DNA of 64,000 nucleotides, from positions 424,019-488,018 of the forward strand of contig CBDEWC010000039.1 in the NCBI GenBank assembly GCA_965243695.1. The letters run 5' to 3'. Both the position numbers and the translations under genes were made by a program. The stretch is from Lacipirellulaceae bacterium (GTDB lineage Bacteria; Planctomycetota; Planctomycetia; Pirellulales; Lacipirellulaceae). The notes under the pieces are model-generated. The model ran no database searches, was not told where the DNA came from, and was given only the letters and a program-made list of their open reading frames with translations. Numbering within the stretch: position 1 is the stretch's first letter; every line of letters starts with the position of its first letter. This document shows, one piece after another, positions 20,501 to 28,930 of the stretch.

Positions 20501-23500
20501 GATGCGCCGCAAGAACGTATAGTCATTGCAGATCGGTGTAGAAGCTGTTTTGGTTCGCTTGAGCTTGGCGTGAACCAAATTATCGATATGGTTGTTGGCA
20601 GGCGGCTGTTGCCAAACGAACCCGGTTCGATCTCCCATTACGGTTAGCGTTGTAGCGGCATATGCGCCTTCGTATCGCACCAGAACTGGCGCTTCGCCGC
20701 GCCGCAGAACTTCAATCAGACCATTTTGGCCAACAACAGGTTTGGCAATTTCAGTATCGCCACTCTCCACAAAAGCTTCCTGTGTGACATCCCGCTTTTG
20801 CCCATTGGCAAATAGAGCAACGACACGGAGTTGTTGCCGAGTACCAATCGTTTGCACGACCGGGTTGACCGGTTGAATCGCGATTTGCTGCACACGAGGT
20901 GAATCGACGTCAAGAGAGGCACCCGATTTAATCCAGGCCAGCAAGGTACGATAATAGTCGCTGCCAGCCGTGATGACCTGACCACCTTTGTGGGGAAGCC
21001 GGGCGGTCGGTTTCATGAGCATCAAACTTTGTTCGGCCGCTGCAAGGTTTGTGCGGCGCGACGCCAGGTCGTCCGACAGCGCGCGCACATCGAACAAAGG
21101 ATCATAACCTCGCAGCGAGAGCTTGAACCCGTTTTTACCATCCTGGGCGCCATGGCACGTGCCTGCATTGCAGCCGGCACGGGCCAAAATTGGTGAAACA
21201 TCCTGCACGTAGTCGGGTCGCAACGGGGAATCGATTCCGGTCGCCGTGACCGGAATGGTGGCGGACTGATTTTCCAGGCTTACCGTCAGTGTGGTGGAAA
21301 CATCACCCGTGACCGAAACCAGGCCTGTTTTGGAGATGGTGACTTCAGGAGATGCCGTTTCCAACTTGGCAATGCGGGTAACGTCAACCCGATCGCCCGA
21401 GGCTAGTTTTGCGGAAACAATGGCCTGGACGTAGGCGGTACTACGGTTGAGTTCAATAAGAGCAGGTTGTACTACAAGTTCAACGACTTCAGCCCCTTGG
21501 GGCAGTTGTTCTGCGGACAGGGGGTGGTCGTTTTTCCGCGGATCCACCGACGCGACCGTTACGATTTCGTCTGCGGATTCCGGTTGTGGTTCTGCTGCTG
21601 TGTCGTCCAGCAAATCAATCGCGGAAAACTCATGGGCGAGACTGCCAGTTTGGCCGTCAATCAATCGAATTTGACCATCAGCGCCTGCCACCGCAACACG
21701 TTCTCCGCCCGGACGAATCGAGACGGCATAAAAACCGCCGCTCTCGAAGGAGAGTTCCGCCACCGTCTTTACGCCATTGGCAAAATATTCTTCGAGCCGT
21801 TTGCGTTCTTCGTCACTTCGGCAGCGATCTGGTGGGTCGTCATTACGGCACTGGTCAGGTTTGAACAGGATTAGCTCGATTTCTTTTTTGGGGTCCGACT
21901 TGTTTTCCAGTTGCAGGTCTACCAGGACCAGATCTCCCCTTGGATTCGTTCGCCCGTTGACGACCAGTGCAATTTGTTCACCCGAGGCAAGTTCCTGGTC
22001 GATGAGTCCGATTGTCTGTTCGTCACCCTGCTGATGGAGTTTTCCCTCCGTGAGCAGTTTCCACCCCGAGAGATCCTCGAAATACCGACCGTTTGCCACC
22101 TTATACAGCATCCAATCAACACCATCCCCTTGGTTGCCCAGGAGTTTTAAGTGGCCAGTGATGTGGTAAACACCACTTTTTGGACACCGCCAGACAAGCA
22201 ATGGCGCGCTGCCGGGACCTGGCTCTGCGCCACGTGTTCCATCGCTGGGCACCATCACCAATGCGCCAGCTGGTACCTCGTACCCATCGATGTCGACCAC
22301 CTCATTTGAGGTATTCTTGCCGATCCAGGGTTGGCCTCCCTCGACCGTCCAGCGGGGAAAGTCACTATCGGCATCTTCGAGTAGGGTGAGTGGCTTGGCA
22401 TTCGCAGCCCAGCCGTGCAGCAAACGCCAGGAGTCTCCCTGGCTGGATGTCAGGGACCAGTTTTGTTTGACATTGTCAATGCGTGCGTCATTTTCTTTCG
22501 CAATGGATACGTCAGGTTCCAACTTGTAAAGGTGAACATACCCATGGCCATCGAGACTGCTGGCGGCAGCAATGAGATGGCCATCCTGACCAAAATCGAC
22601 ACTAAAAATCCGGCCTGGCAACGGCGGTAATTTCCAGAGCAGGTTTGCATCGTCGCCGATCACGCGCGTCGTTTGGCGATGCATTCGATAAATCTTTGGC
22701 ATTCCGTCGGCACCACCAAAGAGAATTTCGTCCCGTAGCGGATGGCGGACAACCGCGTTGATACCGCCTCGCAGTGCACCAGGCGTGATCGAGGTAATGT
22801 TGTCCACAAATCGTTGGGTGGGAACTTCGATTAATTTGGCGGTCGCATCACGGCTGACTGAGGCCAGGTGGGAACCATCGACCGAAAAGGTGGTGTCGAG
22901 AGCCCAATCACTATGGGCACTCTGGTAGAGAATTTCTTCACCGGTCTCGCTGTTGATGGCGCGAACCGTGTTGTCGGCACAGCCAAAGGCCAGCAGCTTG
23001 CTGTCAGGGGACCACGAGGCGCCGTAGACCGTATCGAAGCTAACCGGCAGTGAAAGGGCCAGTTCCCGCGTTGCCACATCCCAGATTTGCACCTCTCCCA
23101 TTTGTGCGGGGAGTCCTCCGGTCACAGCCAGTTTCTGGCCGTCGGGAGAAAATCGTACCGACTCGATCCGTTCGGACATGCCGATCAATCGACCGGCGAG
23201 TTTTGCGGTTTCCTGGACACCACTCTGCGGATCGACATCAGTCACGCGGACCAGCAGGACCTCGTGAAAACCGGCTATCGCAAGTAGCGTGCCGTCGGGC
23301 GAGTAGTCGAGCGACGTGATCACGGGCGGTCGCGTGTAGAGGGGCGGGTGGTCAAGATCGTAGCGGGGCGGTGCACTGGCGGTCGTGTCATCAACGGCGC
23401 CTGCGGAAATCCACCGCCGGATGAGCTCCACCTCTTTTGGGCTGAGCGGTTCACCATCCTGGGGCATCGCGGCCACACCGTCTTCGGCAGTGATTTGCTC

Positions 23501-23767
23501 AACGAGATAACTCGCGTCGGGTTCCCCCGGTACGATGGAAGCTTGTTCGCTTTCCCCTCCCTGATGCAGCGTATCGGCGCGGCTCATTATGTAACCACCA
23601 CCGGCCTTGGCCGGTTGATGACAACCGTAACACCGTGCCTGGAAGATCGGCTTGATATCGCGAGAAAAACGGAGGTCGTCGCCCCGCGCCAAAGGGGAGA
23701 TTGAACTTGAGCAAAACAGGCCCCCGATCAAAACCATGCGGGTGAAAAGAGGGCGCGATGTGACCAT
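17570..23767 (-). CDS. Giant (2065 aa) PSCyt1 - WD40 propeller - Ig-like(Big_2-type) x2 - DUF1549 - DUF1553 protein with long inserted C-terminal module
   Basis: Single ORF. Signal MVTSRPLFTRMVLIGGLFCSSS. IFQARCYGCHQP (CxxCH). WD40-like blades (DYSPDGTLLAIAG, VRFSPDGQKLAVTGG, ASWSPDSKLLAFG, FSVDGSHLASVS). ARAGCNAGTCHGAQDGKNGFKLSLRGYDP. IDNLVHAKLK...FLRRIYLDLTGLPPT. RFNCNKCHDHPFERW. ARSYANRIWAYLTGRGL..NPELLDWL. Coiled coil. Terminal AQDIAWALINSPEFLYNH. Confidence 0.9.
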   Translation of the reverse strand: MVTSRPLFTRMVLIGGLFCSSSISPLARGDDLRFSRDIKPIFQARCYGCHQPAKAGGGYIMSRADTLHQGGESEQASIVPGEPDASYLVEQITAEDGVAAMPQDGEPLSPKEVELIRRWISAGAVDDTTASAPPRYDLDHPPLYTRPPVITSLDYSPDGTLLAIAGFHEVLLVRVTDVDPQSGVQETAKLAGRLIGMSERIESVRFSPDGQKLAVTGGLPAQMGEVQIWDVATRELALSLPVSFDTVYGASWSPDSKLLAFGCADNTVRAINSETGEEILYQSAHSDWALDTTFSVDGSHLASVSRDATAKLIEVPTQRFVDNITSITPGALRGGINAVVRHPLRDEILFGGADGMPKIYRMHRQTTRVIGDDANLLWKLPPLPGRIFSVDFGQDGHLIAAASSLDGHGYVHLYKLEPDVSIAKENDARIDNVKQNWSLTSSQGDSWRLLHGWAANAKPLTLLEDADSDFPRWTVEGGQPWIGKNTSNEVVDIDGYEVPAGALVMVPSDGTRGAEPGPGSAPLLVWRCPKSGVYHITGHLKLLGNQGDGVDWMLYKVANGRYFEDLSGWKLLTEGKLHQQGDEQTIGLIDQELASGEQIALVVNGRTNPRGDLVLVDLQLENKSDPKKEIELILFKPDQCRNDDPPDRCRSDEERKRLEEYFANGVKTVAELSFESGGFYAVSIRPGGERVAVAGADGQIRLIDGQTGSLAHEFSAIDLLDDTAAEPQPESADEIVTVASVDPRKNDHPLSAEQLPQGAEVVELVVQPALIELNRSTAYVQAIVSAKLASGDRVDVTRIAKLETASPEVTISKTGLVSVTGDVSTTLTVSLENQSATIPVTATGIDSPLRPDYVQDVSPILARAGCNAGTCHGAQDGKNGFKLSLRGYDPLFDVRALSDDLASRRTNLAAAEQSLMLMKPTARLPHKGGQVITAGSDYYRTLLAWIKSGASLDVDSPRVQQIAIQPVNPVVQTIGTRQQLRVVALFANGQKRDVTQEAFVESGDTEIAKPVVGQNGLIEVLRRGEAPVLVRYEGAYAATTLTVMGDRTGFVWQQPPANNHIDNLVHAKLKRTKTASTPICNDYTFLRRIYLDLTGLPPTIEQIETFISDSHDSHWKRNELIDQLVGGPEYLEHWTNKWADLLQVNSKFLGREGAESFRNWIRTAVQENRPYDQFARELITANGSTKDNPAGSYYKILREPEATMENTTHLFLATRFNCNKCHDHPFERWTQDQYYQLSAFFARVGLKKDPASEDQEIKGTAVESAKPLYEVVFTKPEGEVKHLRTGEIAPPEFPFECEHESGDNATRRELLAAWITSPENHYFARSYANRIWAYLTGRGLIEPIDDIRAGNPPSNPELLDWLTEQFIASGFDTQNLVRLICHSRTYQLSLSRNRFNEDDVINYSHAQPRRLPAEVLYDAIYHTTGAPSSFPGLPAGTRAASLPDVGIQLPDGFLNNLGRPARQSACECERTNELQMGPVMAMINGATVGDAVNHTEGAIAKMVAKQPDNQQLIEELFLRILNRPVQQQEIDSVQEVFLQINRDHEKLLNQLQIKEQEWQVQLGTYTEQRSREIAELQDTLAKHKLEIAPERTRLEAERQQRIIDAKAALESVRTTLAERQDEWEQTVTVWSPLNPIEVAATYKTEFKVNPDRSVVVEGPEGPPATYHFITPTRLNNITGIRLEPLADERFPGSGPGRAANGNFVLSELQLETASDLSAPRSLVDTWDFPESTDGWIAENETVVTVDQGRLLVEHEKETHQLSIETAAPPGPLALELTAKIASETKVQVWWQTVDEADFVEGRWIDRKVTPGDQPWRTYRIYFEPKSPLLRLRLGLMGGGQKIEIDAIRLVQSAAPEFTLHKFQKAESDVHQKDYPIEEAIDGVTDDRTNGWGIAPHTGQDHVAIFETTEDYAAEGKGLLRLQLIQNYYKGQFKLGRFRIGVTRSPRPISFGVPEHILNLIQLTPNERSSEQQKVLRTYYLAQQQEYLDHQTKVTDAEGPVPPNAETVQLAKRIADLEKSPPVDPTLVELRRAVKLSTEQLSQQRLTGAQDIAWALINSPEFLYNH

Positions 23768-24187
23768 ATGCGTAGAGTTCGTTAAAAGAAGGCAATGCTG
23801 CTGAATTTATGGGGTTCCGTGCCGCCATTCTCACGCGAAATACGGTAAATCACAAGTCTTCTTCATTATAGCATTATAGTGCGGTATCTGTTCGATTGGG
23901 GAGCCGAGAATTTCTCCCTGGTCTGTTGAAGTTTTCCGCAAAAATATACGGGGACAAAACGGCCATTTTTCACCCTGATAAAACGGGATTCGATGGGTGG
24001 GGGTGTCGCTCGGTTTGGGAGAAAACAACGCGATTTTTCCGAACTGTTGACGGCCTTGGGAGAATGGCCGTTTTATCGCGTCTTAGACGCCCGGCCGTTG
24101 AAGGGTTCCAATGCTGGTTGAAAAACGTGCAACAGGTTAGAACTCCAGATAGAACCGCATTGAAATCTTCGCAGGATCTATGTTTTG

Positions 24188-25453
24188 ATGAAATACTACA
24201 CCTGTTCAACGTTGTTCACTTTAGGGATGCTGGTTTCTGTTTTGGACGGCAGCTTGAGTTGGGCCGCCGACTGGCCCCAGTGGCGCGGAGTTGGCCAGAA
24301 TAACCACGCTGCTCCGAGGGCGACCGCGCCGGTCGAGTGGGCAGGCAAGGAAGGATTTGCCTGGGTAACTCGCGTTCCTGGAAGAGGCCATTCTTCTCCG
24401 ACTGTGGTTGGCGATCGGATTTATCTTACCACGGCCGACACCTCAGACGAGACCCAGTCGGTGTTGGTTTATGATCGCGTCACGGGCAAGCAACTTGGGA
24501 AAACGAGGGTTCACCGGGGCGGCTTTCCAGCAAGGATCCACTCAAAAAACACACACGCGACCCCAACGGTAGCCTGTGACGGCGAACGCATTTATGTGCT
24601 TTTCCACAACGACTCTGCAATCTGGGCAACGGCGCTTGACCTCGATGGCCAAAAGCTCTGGCAGCAGCGAGTGACAGAGTTTCAGCCCAAGAAGTATGAG
24701 TTTGGATTTGCTGCTTCGCCGATACTCTACGGCAATTTGTTGGTTGTAGCTGCTGAGTACGATGGTCCTGAAAGTGGCATTTATGCAATCGACACGGCAA
24801 CCGGAGAGCGTCGTTGGAAGGCGGAGCGTCCCCAGGGGCTTTCTTTTTCGACTCCGATTCCATTGGGAGATCGTCAGAAGCCGCAACTGTTGGTCAGTGG
24901 CAACAAAAAGATTGCTGCCTATGATCTCCAGGATGGTGTCGAGCTTTGGTCGCGGGAAGGTAGCACGCAGGCCACCTGTGGCACTATGGTAGGGGACCGG
25001 AAGCTTCACCTTGCTTTTGCCAGTGGTGGTTATCCTGACAAATTCACGGTGGCTATCCAGATGGACGGCGACCACCAGGTGGTATGGGAGAACCAGGTGT
25101 GCTGTTACGAGCAATCCCTTTTACTTGACGAGGGCTATCTGTATGCGGTGGCCGATAGTGGCGTGGCTTATTGCTGGCGGGCAAGCGATGGAGAGGAAAT
25201 GTGGAAGCATCGTTTGGGTGGGAAATACAGTTCATCGCCGCTGCTGGTCGACGGCCGGATTTATGTGAGTAACGAAGCAGGCACAACGTTTGTGATTGAG
25301 GCCGCGCCTGACAAATTCAACCTATTGGCCGAAAACCAACTAGGTACTGAAGTGTTTGCAACTCCGGTACCGGCCGACGGTCGGCTCTACTATCGCTTTG
25401 CCGAAGGGACGGATGAAAATCGGCAAGAGTTTTTGGTAGCCATCGGGCCATAG
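24188..25453 (+). CDS. PQQ-like (BamB/quinoprotein-type) beta-propeller repeat protein, secreted
   Basis: ORF 24185..25453 (ATG 24188). AADWPQWRGVGQNNH start and repeated ...SSPTVVGDRIYL.., ..ASPILYGNLLVV.., ..SSPLLVDGRIYVS.. are blades typical of PQQ_2/PQQ_3 repeats. Confidence 0.75.
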   Translation: MKYYTCSTLFTLGMLVSVLDGSLSWAADWPQWRGVGQNNHAAPRATAPVEWAGKEGFAWVTRVPGRGHSSPTVVGDRIYLTTADTSDETQSVLVYDRVTGKQLGKTRVHRGGFPARIHSKNTHATPTVACDGERIYVLFHNDSAIWATALDLDGQKLWQQRVTEFQPKKYEFGFAASPILYGNLLVVAAEYDGPESGIYAIDTATGERRWKAERPQGLSFSTPIPLGDRQKPQLLVSGNKKIAAYDLQDGVELWSREGSTQATCGTMVGDRKLHLAFASGGYPDKFTVAIQMDGDHQVVWENQVCCYEQSLLLDEGYLYAVADSGVAYCWRASDGEEMWKHRLGGKYSSSPLLVDGRIYVSNEAGTTFVIEAAPDKFNLLAENQLGTEVFATPVPADGRLYYRFAEGTDENRQEFLVAIGP

Positions 25454-25682
25454 CCGCTCTCAGGCCAAGACTATCTGGAAAACAGGACTGGGGGAGAGGC
25501 TTTTTTTGAATCGGGCTTTTTGAGTTGGGTCAACTTGGAGGAAGGCAGACTTGTGTGATCTGTCGAATTGCCATGTTCTGCGGAAAAGGCTTTAAGGCAA
25601 GAAGTTGCGACTGCTTGCTTTGTTTTGGTACAATAGGTTTTGAACCAAGGGTTTCCTGCGACGCAGGTGTTCTTAAAATTCC

Positions 25683-28600
25683 ATGATTCCGCTTCGTTTT
25701 GTATTCTTCTACAGGCATGGCAAGTCGATGTTGTTGACCGCTCTCAAGCTGGCTGGCTTGTCATCAAGTGTGCTGAGTTGCAGTTTGGCGTTTGCAGCCA
25801 ATGGTGAGTTGCCGGTCGAAGTCGACTACAACTTTCACATCAAGCCCATTCTCTCGGATCGGTGTTACAAGTGCCACGGTCCGGATGCCAATGCACGTCA
25901 GGCCGATCTAAGACTCGATCGTCACAATGCCGGCCTGGGAGAGACCGCCACCGAAGTGGCCATCATTGCTCCTGGCAACCCTGACCAGAGCAAGCTTTAC
26001 CGGCGGATTTCTTCCGCCGATGAGGCAGTGCAAATGCCACCGGTCGATTCAAAGCTGCCCCCACTGTCGGAATACGAAATCGCGCTTGTTCGGCGGTGGA
26101 TCCAGCAAGGCGCCACCTGGAAAGAGCATTGGTCATTCAACCCGCTTGTAGAAACTTCGCTTCCAGACGTGGGAGAATCCACCTGGGTGACGACTCCCGT
26201 CGACCATTTCGTATTGGCCAAACTTCAGCCTGAATCGATAGAACCAACTCGGCCGGCTACCAGGGAGACTTTGTTGCGACGGGTCACCTTTGATTTAACA
26301 GGGCTTCCCCCAACGTTGGACCAGATCAAGCAGTACCTGGGCGATTCGCCAGGTGGTGCCTACGAGCGGGCTGTTGAACGGCTGCTAGAGAGCCCATCAT
26401 TTGGGGAAAGAATGGCGACCCATTGGCTTGATTTGGCCCGTTACTCAGACACCTTCGGTTACCAGGTCGATCGCGATCGACGTGTGTGGCCATGGCGTGA
26501 CTGGGTTGTGGGGGCTTTCAATCAAGATTTGCCCTACGACCAGTTCCTTACCTGGCAGGTAGCGGGCGATCTGCTGGCAGACAGTTCGGACGATCAGATT
26601 CTGGCCACGACATTTAACCGTTTGCACCCTCAAAAAACCGAGGGTGGCAGCGTACCCGAAGAGTTTCGCGTGGAGTATGTGGCCGACCGGCTCCACACCT
26701 TGGCAACCGGTTTGCTCGGGTTAACGCTCGAATGTTCCCGTTGCCATGACCATAAGTACGATCCTATTACGCAGCGGGAATATTACCGCCTTTTTGCCTT
26801 CTTCAACAATATTGATGAGGCGGGGCTCTATTCGTATCGCACCACTTCAACACCCACGCCCACGCTTGTGCTGGCTGACGAAGCAACCAAGGCAAAAATC
26901 GCTGATTTAGATCAACGCATCGAAGCATCTGCGGCACAGTTGGAGTCCATTGGAAGTCAACCATGGACCACGTTTGATGCGTGGCTGGCGGAGCGGCCGA
27001 CCGAAACGTTGATTCCTGGCCGGGTTGGGTACTTTCCGTTTGACGAAATAGAAGAAGGGAAGCTCAAAAACCTGGATGCCCCGGAGACCCCGGCGACAAC
27101 CCCGGTAGCCAACCAGCTTGTTGCAGGAAAGCAGGGCCGTGCCGTCCGCTTGACGGGCGACGACGGTATTGTGACCGAAGTCGGCAATTTTACACGTCAA
27201 GAGCCTTTCACGGTGGCACTCTGGGTTCAAACACCGGACTGGAAGGAAAGGGCCGTTGTTTGGCGCCGTGGCAAGTCCTGGACCGATGGGGGGAGTCGTG
27301 GTTACCAGTTGTTGTTGGAAGAAGGATGTTTGAGTGCCTCGCTGATTCATTTTTGGCCAGGCAACGCAATCCGGGTCAAGACGCGCATGCCACTTCCGGT
27401 CGAAGAGTGGAAGCATGTTACCATCACTTACGATGGGTCGAGTTCAGCGGGGGGGCTTGCCATTTTTGTGGATGGTGTTCGACAACCAGTGGAAGTCGTC
27501 CGCGACAATCTCACCAGGGCCATCCAGGGAGGGGGAGACGATCATCTGGTGGTGGGACATCGCGAGCGTGACCGAGGCTTTGCCGGTGGGTTGGTCGACG
27601 AACTGCAGATGTTTACCCGTCAACTTACCCCGCTGGAGATTGCCCAACTGTTCGATGGCCAAAGTCTTCGCCTTCTGCTTGGGCGCTCGGCCGAGCAGCT
27701 TTCCGTACCCGAGCGCCAGTCGCTGTTTCAGTACTATCTCTCGACGGTTGATCGGGACTATCGTCAGGCGTTGGATACATTAAAAACCAACCGTCAACAA
27801 AAGAATGAGGTTGAAAATTCAACCGAAGAAATCATGGTGATGCGGGAACTGGACAAGCGGCGCACAACCTATGTCTTGAATCGCGGAATGTACAATGCAC
27901 CGATGGATCCCGTAGAACCTGGAACTCCCTCGGTACTCAATCGCTTTCCAACGGGCCAGCCGCGCAACCGCTTGGGGCTTGCCCGCTGGCTTACCGATCC
28001 TCAAAACCCCTTGACCGCTCGTGTGGCAGTAAATCAGTTCTGGCAATTGTTGTTCGGTGCGGGGCTTGTCCGGACGACTGAAGACTTTGGCAGCCAGGGT
28101 GAACTGCCCAGCCATCCAAAGTTGTTGGATTGGTTGGCCAAGGATTTTATCGATAGCGGCTGGGATGTGAAACATTTACTGAAGCAAATTGTGCTGTCGT
28201 CGACCTATCGACAAAGTTCCCGTGTCACCAGCGCACAAGTGGCGGAAGATCCGCAGAATCGCATGCTGGCCCGTGGTCCCAGTTATCGATTGCCGGCTGA
28301 AATGATTCGAGACAACTACCTGGCGGCCAGCGGACTTTTGGTGAACCGTATTGGCGGTCCGCCGGTGCGCCCTTATGAAGTGGCCGTTTCGTTCAAGCCG
28401 GTAGATCGCGAGCAGGGCGATGCCTTGTATCGGCGTAGTATGTATACGTACTGGAAACGTACCGGTCCCGCCCCGGTGATGATGACACTTGACGCATCGA
28501 AGCGAGATGTATGTGTCGTTAAACGAGAAAAAACATCGACCCCACTGCAGGCCCTGGTTTTGCTCAATGATCCTCAGCTGGTTGAAGCAGCCCGGATTCT

Positions 28601-28886
28601 TGGACAGAAGATGGTTGGGCAAGCTGGTGGCGATGCAAGCCGATTGGTCGACGAGATGTTCCTGCTGTTGACCAGCCGACATCCAGAACCGCGGGAACGC
28701 GAGATTCTGTTACAGACCTACCAGGAGCAACTTGCTTATTTCCAGGAGTTTCCTGAACGGGCTACCTCGTTTTTAACCATTGGCGAGGCCCCTTTTCGTG
28801 AAGATTTAGACGCCGCGCAACTGGCAGCGGCGGGGGTGCTCGCAGAGATGTTGTTGAATTACGATGCGTGTATCATAAAGCGCTAG
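25683..28886 (+). CDS. PSCyt1/DUF1549/LamG-like/DUF1553 family protein
   Basis: 1067-aa ORF (alternative ATG 25728). ILSDRCYKCHGPD. VDHFVLAKLQ...LLRRVTFDLTGLPPT. LECSRCHDHKYDP. Concanavalin/LamG-like insert (FTVALWVQTPDW...WKHVTITYDGSSSAGGLAIFVDGV). LTARVAVNQFWQLLFGAGLV..SHPKLLDWLA. DASKRDVCVVKREKTSTPLQALVLLND. Confidence 0.9.
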   Translation: MIPLRFVFFYRHGKSMLLTALKLAGLSSSVLSCSLAFAANGELPVEVDYNFHIKPILSDRCYKCHGPDANARQADLRLDRHNAGLGETATEVAIIAPGNPDQSKLYRRISSADEAVQMPPVDSKLPPLSEYEIALVRRWIQQGATWKEHWSFNPLVETSLPDVGESTWVTTPVDHFVLAKLQPESIEPTRPATRETLLRRVTFDLTGLPPTLDQIKQYLGDSPGGAYERAVERLLESPSFGERMATHWLDLARYSDTFGYQVDRDRRVWPWRDWVVGAFNQDLPYDQFLTWQVAGDLLADSSDDQILATTFNRLHPQKTEGGSVPEEFRVEYVADRLHTLATGLLGLTLECSRCHDHKYDPITQREYYRLFAFFNNIDEAGLYSYRTTSTPTPTLVLADEATKAKIADLDQRIEASAAQLESIGSQPWTTFDAWLAERPTETLIPGRVGYFPFDEIEEGKLKNLDAPETPATTPVANQLVAGKQGRAVRLTGDDGIVTEVGNFTRQEPFTVALWVQTPDWKERAVVWRRGKSWTDGGSRGYQLLLEEGCLSASLIHFWPGNAIRVKTRMPLPVEEWKHVTITYDGSSSAGGLAIFVDGVRQPVEVVRDNLTRAIQGGGDDHLVVGHRERDRGFAGGLVDELQMFTRQLTPLEIAQLFDGQSLRLLLGRSAEQLSVPERQSLFQYYLSTVDRDYRQALDTLKTNRQQKNEVENSTEEIMVMRELDKRRTTYVLNRGMYNAPMDPVEPGTPSVLNRFPTGQPRNRLGLARWLTDPQNPLTARVAVNQFWQLLFGAGLVRTTEDFGSQGELPSHPKLLDWLAKDFIDSGWDVKHLLKQIVLSSTYRQSSRVTSAQVAEDPQNRMLARGPSYRLPAEMIRDNYLAASGLLVNRIGGPPVRPYEVAVSFKPVDREQGDALYRRSMYTYWKRTGPAPVMMTLDASKRDVCVVKREKTSTPLQALVLLNDPQLVEAARILGQKMVGQAGGDASRLVDEMFLLLTSRHPEPREREILLQTYQEQLAYFQEFPERATSFLTIGEAPFREDLDAAQLAAAGVLAEMLLNYDACIIKR

Positions 28887-28930
28887 GTTGTCCCGGGTTG
28901 AGACCCCATAAATTGGAGCAATTTCAACAG

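Noticed and set aside
28868-28930. Upstream start of the DUF1501 ORF that would overlap the preceding PSD1 gene by 19 nt.
   Set aside because: The residues encoded (MYHKALGCPGLRPHKLEQFQQ) are not shared with the other DUF1501 N-termini. ATG 28931 reproduces the paralogue pattern (short Cys-containing leader followed by the RR motif). The start remains uncertain.
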